The notes beneath the pieces were generated by a model. That model was not told the origin of the DNA. It did not search any database and worked only from the letters and a program-made list of their open reading frames with translations. DNA of 63,463 bases, counting the filler, from Craspedostauros australis (Eukaryota), in the NCBI GenBank assembly GCA_030167865.1. It is 9 parts of 9 records of this genome, joined end to end, with 100 filler letters (N's around TTAATTAATTAA, not from the genome) between each part and the next. Parts side by side here need not be neighbours in the genome. Positions count along the whole stretch, not along the records: positions 47,513 to 55,208 come from JALAGF010004403.1; positions 55,309 to 57,283 come from JALAGF010004404.1; positions 57,384 to 59,459 come from JALAGF010004405.1; positions 59,560 to 61,592 come from JALAGF010004407.1; positions 61,693 to 63,463 come from JALAGF010004408.1; 4 more parts are not named here. The stretch is one strand, 5' to 3'. Below are positions 54,150 to 63,463 of the stretch, piece by piece (within the stretch, counting starts at the first letter, position 1; every line of letters begins with the position of its first letter). The translations under genes and the position numbers were made by a program.

Positions 54150-55308
54150 AGTTATCGCGCTGTATGGTATGTTGTGGAGTGATGGAACGATGGGATTCGT
54201 TGCTGCTCCTATTGCTGTAACTTTCCGATTCGAATTGGAGATTGTCGTTTGTGTGAGAACAGAGGTGATGATGACGATGATGACGGTCTTTGTTGCTTCT
54301 GTTTCTCTTTCAGACAACACCAAGAGCAAGGGGCTTCAACTGTTGGAGCTGGAGAGCACATTGTTGATGTCGTGAGTATTGCTGTCCTGTTCATACCCTT
54401 CCGAAAAGTGGAGGTCCCCCTCCTTGCATCGCGTTGTTTCCAATTTCATCCTCCCTCAGAAACGACGTGTGAATGCGATCGCGAACTCGTCAGAGCACCA
54501 CGCAGAATGAAGCTCATGGCGCAAGAGGGAACATGCCTACCATACAGTAGAACATGGCAGTCCTATGCCCTTGAAATGGGTGCTGATGTCGACTGCGGTT
54601 GAAGATGAAGTCTCAGAAACCATGTACCGCCTCCATACTTGTGTGCAGGATGGATCTGTTCGCATCGTGTTGTGATGTGTGGAGCGTTGTCTCCATGGCG
54701 TTGCTGTTGCTTTGCCAGATCAAAATGACATTGGCTTACTTCAGCCTGTGCCTTTGTCTGTTCCTTCGCTCTTGTCTTTGCTCTCACTCACACGCTCGCT
54801 TTCGATCTTGGTATTGCTCTGTGAATACCGGAGTGTCATCAGAGAGAAACTTCACTTCACATTGCCTCGGAGCCTGGGCGCATGTTTCCGTCACTCAGAC
54901 TGTAATACCATGCACTCCAATCGTGCGGATATCAGCTGCAGGTTGTGGGAGGTTAGCGCGAAAGATCGATGGAGAGATGGAGCAACCTCTGCATGGAGCA
55001 CTCGTATGCAGGATTGATGCGTTCGCACGTTGCGTTGATTGTGCCTGGAATTGCCATTGCGTTCGTGTGGTTCCGCCGGCATACGAGCAGAATGACGGAT
55101 GCCAACCCTGGAGCGTATCCTGTTGTGTTTCTTCGCTCTTGATCTTGCTTTCGACCTTGATCGTGTTCTATGACAGCCTCGCATCATCAGGAGAGAGAGG
55201 CACTTCACNNNNNNNNNNNNNNNNNNNNNNNNNNNNNNNNNNNNNNNNNNNNTTAATTAATTAANNNNNNNNNNNNNNNNNNNNNNNNNNNNNNNNNNNN
55301 NNNNNNNN

Positions 55309-57283
55309 CGTCAAGCTCTTGGAGCTCAAGTTCGACGGTATGGAGGACACCATGACCCTCGAAGACATCCGCGAGGCTGTCAGCGCCACCTATGACGGCC
55401 GACACCTCAAGCTCGGCGGCAACAGGCGTGAGAGCAACAGTAACAGGGAAGAGACCGCATTCGCTGCAGTAGGAGGCTTCAAAGGTCACTGCCGCAACTG
55501 TGGCGCCTACGGCCACAAGAAGGCAGACTGTCGCTCCGCCCCCAAGAAAGGCAACGGCAAGAACAAGAAGAGTGGGCAAGGAGACAACAACAGTAAGCCC
55601 AAGTTCAATGGGGAGTGTAAGTACTGCGGTAAGAAGGGACACAAGATCCTACAGTGCTTTAAGCTAAAGGCAGCCATGAAGGAGGCAGACTCGGCCAATG
55701 TGGCGACTGATGGGATGGAGGGAAACAACGACGTGGCTCTTGTGACAACAGATGGGCTAATTTGTGTGCCCACCTCGGGAAACACGAACGAATTGGAAAA
55801 TGTGACCAACTTGTCTGTGAACACAGGCGAGGCGAAAACACGCGACAACGACAGCAANTACCAAGCTGACTCCAAGGTAATGGAGGACGTCGCCTTTGCA
55901 GCCATCGTCGAACAGACTGACACATCTCCCATTGTTTCCTTGAGACCACACAACGTCAACAACAAGATGAGCAACTCCAACCCAGGACAGGAAGCCTACT
56001 ACGACGCAAGCCTCACCAACGAAGGGGCCACCGACACCGAAGATGTCGACGATGACATGGGGGAAGCCAACCAAGGAAGACAGCCACCCCGCCCGGTGTA
56101 CAACTTCGCCCCTGAGCACACGCTTGTGGAGCGCATGATCGAGAACGCTGCACGGCTCACCACCAACACGGCCTGGTGCCCTTTGTGCCTCAAGAGAGGA
56201 CCACTCTACGCATGGTGCGTGGAATGCCCCCAAGTCCCATTCTTCATCCAGCTCCACAACGACCCACGCGGGGATGTGCCGAGCAATGATGCAGAACGCG
56301 CGGAGCGCCGCGCCCTGCTCGCAAGGACCGGTTCCCTTCGCTACGCCATTCGAGCGTCGTTGAGCAACGTGCTCCCAGCCAACGCGGTGCGAAACGAACT
56401 CGCCCTATTGTGCTACGACGCTGTGGATGCTCACACGGGGGACCATACTCCACAGATTGAACCACGCTCCGTATACTTCAAGCTGCATGACATCGGCATG
56501 ATCACTACGATGTCCGTTTGTCGCAACCCCTGCAACATCAACAACAGCTTGGAAGCTCACTATCGCCAACCCTTCCCTAGCAATCTGATCTCCTGCATGA
56601 CCCTCCATGCCTCGCACTCCATCCTCTGGATGCATCACAGCAGCAACAAAGGGGTTCGAGACTCGAACCCAGCGCTTTCAGTGTTACCACTCTACACGGA
56701 ACACGGTGATCACCACGAGGTAGCCCTGATGATCGGGAACGTGAACGACGTCGATGCAAAGAGATCCGCCATCGCACCAGACCACTACGAAAGCAACACC
56801 TGGCTGGGCGATTCAGGTGCATCGTGCCATCTCACCAACTGTGACAAAGGGATGACCAACGTCCAAGTCTCCGACCAATCGGTGAAGATCGGAAACGGAC
56901 GCTTCCTCAAAGCAACCAAGGTGGGGGACAAGCGCATGACCGTCATGCAGAAGAATGGAAGGACATCCATCGTCGTACTCAAGTCAGTGAAGTACGTGCC
57001 GAAGCTGTGGGTGAACCTGCTGAGCATCAATAAAGCTCTCGAAAATGGGTTCGACATTAGCAACCGCGGCATCGTGATCAGCTTGAAAAAGGGCAGCGTG
57101 CACATCAGCTTCGACCGCATCATGGCGACCCAGAGCGGCTTCGTTTGCGGAGTGAATATGGTGAGCAATGCCAAGACCGACGACCAAGCTCATATTGGCG
57201 TGTCAACCGACGCACCAGTCGACATCAACACAATTCATAAAATGTTAGGCCACGTTGACGCGTACACCATCTCTCGAACAGCA
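55309..57283 (+). mobile_element. Ty1/copia gag-pol fragment (two zinc knuckles, protease, pre-integrase)
   Basis: CRNCGAYGHKKADC and CKYCGKKGHKILQC knuckles, WLGDSGASCH aspartic protease, VKYVPKLWVNLLS, and IHKMLGH; open across the whole contig. Confidence 0.92.
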
Positions 57284-57383
57284 NNNNNNNNNNNNNNNNN
57301 NNNNNNNNNNNNNNNNNNNNNNNNNNNTTAATTAATTAANNNNNNNNNNNNNNNNNNNNNNNNNNNNNNNNNNNNNNNNNNNN

Positions 57384-59459
57384 GTATGTGACGGAGGCGC
57401 ACAATGCTGCGTTATCGGGAACAAGGACCGGGTCTGGAAGATTGACTACATCTACCCGCACCGGACGTACAACATCGTCGGTGCCGTGGCCAGCACGATG
57501 AGGAAGAACAACCTCGCGGTGGTAGACGCAAGCATCAAGGCCAGGACCAAAGAGGGCAACGAAGTGATCCTCCGGATCTACGAGGCCGCTCTGAACGTCG
57601 ACAGTCGGGTGACGCTGCTCTCCGACCACCAAATTCGCGCCAGTGGAGCCGTCCTCGATACGGTTTCGTCGGAACACCGGGCATCGTTTTCGACACCAGG
57701 CAAAGGCCGACAATGCCTAATGCCTAACGAAGACACGACGATCAACCTGGAGATGCGAGACGCGCTGATGACGTTCGACGTCTTCCCCATCATGGAGGAC
57801 GATGAGGATCTACCCACCTATGACATCACCCCAAAGCAAGGATGGAACCCTTCAGATCACCAAGGAGGACACGTATGCAACGTGCCCATGGGTTGCTACC
57901 TTACCAGGGACCCAATTGGAGGAGACAAGGTTGTCGACTGGGATGACCAACCTGATGCACCGCATGACGCTGGAGCAATGGATCCAAGCGCCCACAACGC
58001 ATCGAAGGATCCCACGGAACCCAGGACACGCCAGGCCATAGACGGTATCCCGNNNNATCCCATGGAAGGACGAGAACCCATGGACCCCAACGCCCATCAC
58101 CCAGATGAGCACGCCACAGGAGACCCCAACCGTGTACACGAGGAGTACCCCATGGTGGACGCATTCCTTGACACTCTAAGTCTCGAGGAACTCATCGGAA
58201 TGTCACATGCAATCGACACGGTAACATTCGCGAAATCGGCTACCGACACTGCCATTTCGATCCAAGGCACCCTTTTCGACATGGTGGACAACCTCTCCGC
58301 GGGAGACATTGACCACCTATACAGGGAGCTGGGCATCGATCGCGAGGCCAACGCAGTAGGAACGGACCAAATGGGATACACCGAGTCAACCAATGTTCTA
58401 TCGACAAAGGTATCAGATCCGGATGACGAGGCTGACAGCGTCATCTCATCCTTGCACTCGGTAGGATCCGAACCGGCGTTCCAGAGAAATCGGGAAACTT
58501 TTCGTATCCCCAACGAGATCGGCGTGACCAAGGCAACACGTGTCGACACCCTCCGGGGAGACCCGCGAAGCGCACCTGAATACCACGGACACGTCAAGGG
58601 CGAGAACCCCGCTGGGATTGACGACCCGGGAAAGGACAATCCCGTGGACACCATGGACCGACATCCTGCGGAAGCTATGACCGAGTACAGCCACCAAGGG
58701 TTCCCGTTCCGAGCTAAATGGAAGTCCATCGATCTTCACAAGATCCGACCGTACCTCGGATACCTGCCCACGCACGTGATCAAACAGACCCTTGCCAGAA
58801 CCACACAACTCATGCGGGCAGTGATCACCTACCCTATGCGAAGGCACAAGAAGTCCAGATTCGANTGGATGCGACGACAACGAATCCGGGAGATCGTGGC
58901 GACGGACACCATATTCTCCAACGTCAAGTCCTTTGGAGACGGATACTCCATGGCGCAAATCTTCTACGGGACGTCCTCCCACATGATCAACGCATATGGG
59001 CTGAAGAAGAAAGAAGGAGTTTTCGTCGCCTTCCAGGATTTCATCAGGACAGAGGGAGCACCATGGGCCTTCCACAGCGACAACGCGAAGGAACAGACCG
59101 GAGAGAAGGTCCTCAAGCTTCTTAGGGACCTCCACATCAAATCNNNNNNNNNNNNNNNNNNNNNNNNNNNNNNNNNNNNNNNNNNNNNNNNNNNNNNNNN
59201 NNNNNNNNNNNNNNNNNNNNNNNNNNNNNNNNNNNNNNNNNNNNNNNNNCCAAAAGCATGGTTCCACGCTTTCCGATACATGTGCTACGTGCACAACCAT
59301 ACATCAGACCCGTCCCTACGGTACGCAATCCCATACACCGTGCGACACGGAGAGACCGTCGACATCTCTGCGCTTTTGACTTTCCAATTCTACGAGAAGG
59401 TCTTGTACCATGACCCCAACGCTACCTTCCCGAATTCGAAGGAGAAGTCAGGATACTGG
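57384..59459 (+). mobile_element. Diatom copia-type (CoDi-like) pol fragment: protease followed by integrase
   Basis: Frame is open from 57384: CDGGAQCC protease-like motif, TLLS..QIR..G, VATDTIFS…AQIFYG…QDFIR.EGAP…SDNAKE integrase core, and GETVDISALL.F.FYE.V.Y. Protease-then-integrase order indicates copia. Confidence 0.88.
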
Positions 59460-59559
59460 NNNNNNNNNNNNNNNNNNNNNNNNNNNNNNNNNNNNNNNNN
59501 NNNTTAATTAATTAANNNNNNNNNNNNNNNNNNNNNNNNNNNNNNNNNNNNNNNNNNNN

Positions 59560-61592
59560 AAGGAAGCAGCTGCGGCTACTGTCCTATCAGGCGCATACGC
59601 AAGCGCAATCGACGAGACCAAAGAAGAACGGTCTGCAAGACTACACCGCGAGGAGGAGAGGATTCTCAAGGCGGCCAAGCAAGAGGAGACTGGTGTGACG
59701 GAGAGCATTCGCACAGCCAAACAGAGTGGGAAAAGTGAGATACCACCAGGAGGAGAATTTGTGAGCAAATCAATCCTCGCGAAACAACAAGCAAAAATCG
59801 AAGAATCGGCAACACAGAAACCGACGGAAATCAAGGGCGCGAGCGCACCAACGACGAAACAACGAATCAACATGGCGACATCAGCCAACGTGAACAAGCG
59901 ACGCATCAAGGCGCCGATGTTCAGCGGTGAACAGGAAGACTACAGCGCATGGGAGTCCCAAGCAAAGGCATACACTCGTGCACAGAAGACAAGAGACGTG
60001 ATGTTGGGCAAGACCAAGGTGCCAACAGTGAGCGAGATCGCGGCAGCCGCCGATGAAGACAAGGAAACGATGGAGGAGATCTACGAACTGGGATGCGACT
60101 GCTTCAGCGATCTGATCCTCATGATGGATGCAGAGAAAGGAAAAGGCAAGCAGGCCATCCAGTACATCAACCAATGCATCTCCGACGACTACCCCGAAGG
60201 AGATGCACACGCAGCGTGGAACGTTCTCGCGGAGAAGTTTCGACCATCCGACGCGGTGACGAAGATCAAACTCAAGCGCCAATTCAACAACGAAAAGATG
60301 AAGAGAGACACGGACCCCGACATCTACATCACGCNACTCGANNGTNTACGATCGCGTCTCCACGATGTCAANTANNNGATCNCGGACGAGGAAATGATCA
60401 TGCAGATTCTCAGCACGGTGAGCGTGGAATACAGAACCCACGTCGTGAACTTCCAACACCAACTCACGTTCAATCCGGAACTGGTCACCATCAACACGAT
60501 CAAAGGAGTACTCCGCACAGCATACGCCACTCATCAAGGAGGTAAGGCGTACATCGACGACTTCCAAGACATCAATACAAAGAGCAACGACACCGGCTTC
60601 ACAAGCACCGGTAACTTCAAGGGTACTTGTCACAACTGTGGCGTGTATGGCCATAGATCCGCCNNNNNNNNNNNNNNNNNNNNNNNNNNNNNNNNNNNNN
60701 NNNNNNNNNNNNNNNNNNNNNNNAACAAGATGAACGGAAAGCGCAACAAGGGAAGCGGCTTCAAGGGCAAGTGCAACTACTGCGGCATCTTCGGACACCG
60801 CGAGGCGGAGTGTCGAAAGAAGAAGTTCAACGAGAAGAAGAAGGCCGACGAGCAGGCCAACACAGCAATACAAGGACACAACAAGAGCGGACACGAGATG
60901 GTACTCTCTGCAAAGGACATGCCGCTCTGCATGTTGGTGTCCAACGACTACATCGAAGACTCCTTCTTCGATAACTTCGAGTACGTCAGGAGTGACGACG
61001 AAGTGCAGGATGATGAGATCATCCCGGAGTGGCTCAGCGAGGAGCCAATCATCCACGAGGTGGACCCAAGACGCGAAGTGAGCTACGAATGCTGCTTCAA
61101 CGCGCACGACCTGATCGGTCCATACGGCGACGAAGCTGAGATGAACAACGAGGCCAACGATAACGACATCGAAGAGGCCATGAGCAATGGCGACGACGAC
61201 GCCGACGAGGACGGCGTAGATGCAGACGGCGAAGCAAACCGCAGCACAGCGCCACCTCCTCCAGCAGCGGGGAACAACAGATCGGGCATCTTCGACGAAG
61301 ATGACAGCGACGAAACCGAAGATCATCCGGACGACAGCTTCAACCCAAACGAGCGTGTCGTCTACCCAGGGAACATCGACTTCCCACCTATTGAGGATCC
61401 CAACAGCGTCGATTACCTCCTCCGTCACAGCACCATCCCAAATGCAACAGCAACAGCATTGATAATCCAAAAGCAGCTCATCTTTGACGCTGTAATGGAA
61501 GCGGGAATGCGACTGTTCCCAGGAACCACACGAGGAGCACTCATGCCAATATGGGTGAACATGATGGGATCCATCCTATCCGAGCACTTCGA
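59560..61592 (+). mobile_element. Ty1/copia gag fragment (UBN2-like gag, two zinc knuckles, acidic extension); probable start 59872
   Basis: PMFSGEQEDYSAW, GDAHAAWNVLAEKF, DPDIYIT.L…IMQIL, CHNCGVYGH… and CNYCGIFGHREAEC. Confidence 0.9.
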
Positions 61593-61929
61593 NNNNNNNN
61601 NNNNNNNNNNNNNNNNNNNNNNNNNNNNNNNNNNNNTTAATTAATTAANNNNNNNNNNNNNNNNNNNNNNNNNNNNNNNNNNNNNNNNNNNNTTATGATT
61701 GAAATCCAACGTTTCCACCACCACCAACACTAGCCAACATCACCATCATCGACATGACCACCATCTACACTCAAGAACATCGCGAGTAATGGTCCCCTGT
61801 GTGAAGAGAGAGGAGAGCAAGCCGCTCTGGAGCATGATGCTCCTTGCCAATGGATGCCAGGATCGGCATGGTAACCCCCACACGAACAACGATATCAAGA
61901 CGATGATGATGATCGAATCGAGCACCACC

Positions 61930-63340
61930 GCGAGTCCACCAGCAGAGTGGAGACCGCAGCTGAGGCAAGTACAGACACTACACGTATTGCTGAAGCAAGG
62001 AGGCGCTCGGAACACGCGCATTGGAAGAACTGTCCATGGTCATGGGACCATGAAGTCGAGGAAGGCATGGAAGCCTTCACGGCTGTGTTGGAGTACGAGA
62101 GCAAGCTGTACGCAAGAAGAGATTCGGACGCAGCAAACCACGCTCTCGGATGCATCGGATTCAGCAGACTGCGCCATGAGGGCGAGATAGCTGACAGAGC
62201 TCAACAAGATGCAATTGAGGAAGCAATGAGAGCTTCCAACCTACCCTGCAAGAATGGAGCTGCCTCATCAGCACTCGGTCGATATGGAAGCCGAGATGGA
62301 CGAGGAGCTACACAGATCGCTGATGCTGAACGTCTGTGCGCATGGCACACGCGACGCAATCGAGCATACAGGCAGGGATGATAAGATGAAGAGCAATCAA
62401 GATCTACACAGGGATGGGCATGGCCCATGGTCGCAATCACATCAAGAGTGACGCGAGGAGCAGTCAACGGAAAGCATCGAGATGATCACGTGGCACCGAC
62501 TGCCATCGAGTGATACATGCTCGAGGGCTGGCTGCGATTCCTACTGTGAGATGATCGAGATGGTAAGGATGCAACCTACCAGGCCAAGAATTGGCAACAA
62601 CAACGAAAATAGCAACACAGGAAGTGTATGCTTCGACGAGAAGGGAAAGCGCTGGAACAAGCTGGACGGGAGGTCCTTCCGCGCTTCGATCCTAGGCTCA
62701 ATACGAAAGACGAGGAACAGGAGGTATCCTCGCCATCGGAGAAGACGATGATTTCAGACACCCGCAGAGCCATGAGCCTCATCTACGACCGCCACCGTAT
62801 CAAACACGGTTATAAGTGCGCACGAGGCAATGGCAGTAAGAGAGTGAGAGNNNNNNNNNNNNNACAACGGATCGGTCGGTTCAGGAGCAGATGTCCTAAC
62901 CGCGATGCCCACGATAGTGAGATGAAGGAAGCCGGGTCGGCCAAGGTCGCGATAGACGGGATGGACGGGATGGATGACATCGCTCTCATCACAACCGACG
63001 AGCCGATGTCCATGCCCATCAACGAAAATGTGGTCAGCATCAGAATTGTGACCAACACGAAATTCGTGGCCATCACCGAAATCGCGAACAACGACCAAAA
63101 TGTGACCATGTGAAACTACACGATGATGCGCGACGANAACGCGATCACGAACAACATGGCACTCGTAACAATCAACAATGATGGGGTTTCCGACTTCGAC
63201 AGCGGAACACCAGTCAACGACTATGAGTGGACCAGGGAGGAGATAGCTGAGTACACTCCAGGAGTGTATAGCTACTACGGGTCCACGAACGATCACGATG
63301 GAGTGGATCAACAGACAACCCTTTTCATCCGAGAATGAGG
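61930..63340 (+). pseudogene. Degenerate copia gag remnant related to the element at 55309-57283
   Basis: MKEAGSAKVAIDGMDGMDDIALITTD matches MKEADSANVATDGMEGNNDVALVTTD, and TMISDTRRAMSLIYDRH resembles TMTLEDIREAVSATYDGRH. Zinc knuckles are decayed and there are multiple stops and frameshifts. Boundaries approximate. Confidence 0.65.
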
Positions 63341-63463
63341 AGGAAGACGGCAACGCCAACTACAATAAAGGCAAAACAGGTGATGAGGAGCGCAGAGGAC
63401 TGCACATGAATGCAGGTCCGATCTGCCTCGTGGCTCGATACTCGTTGAGCAGCATGGCGTCTG

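Overview
Eukaryotic nuclear sequence from a diatom, probably a raphid pennate. The evidence is an LHCX antenna gene with an AFAP-type bipartite presequence, Ty1/copia fragments resembling the diatom CoDi lineages, and RxL/KxxK secreted proteins. The window is not one continuous molecule: eight artificial 100-bp spacers (N44-TTAATTAATTAA-N44) split it into nine contigs, so synteny can only be trusted within a contig. Contig 1 (1-26986) holds four secreted cell-surface-type proteins that share an 8-cysteine C-terminal domain I cannot assign to a known family. Two are Gly/Lys(/Tyr)-rich mucin-like paralogs and two lie in a ~3.2-kb tandem duplication. This contig also carries a SLAC1/TehA-family anion channel with a very long disordered N-terminus, a solo LTR with a 5-bp target-site duplication, and an RNI-like LRR gene. 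Later contigs carry a probably plastid-targeted UPF1-like helicase flanked by two small ORFs with a shared acidic motif, and LHCX with Phe where P. tricornutum Lhcx1 has its qE-associated Trp. They also contain a dead mariner-type transposase, a 4.5-kb terminally redundant contig (collapsed tandem array or circle), an RRRL-flanked Cys-rich peptide precursor, a large two-module Cys-rich/PTS secreted protein and four copia gag/pol fragments. All family assignments come from motif recognition by eye; no searches were run.
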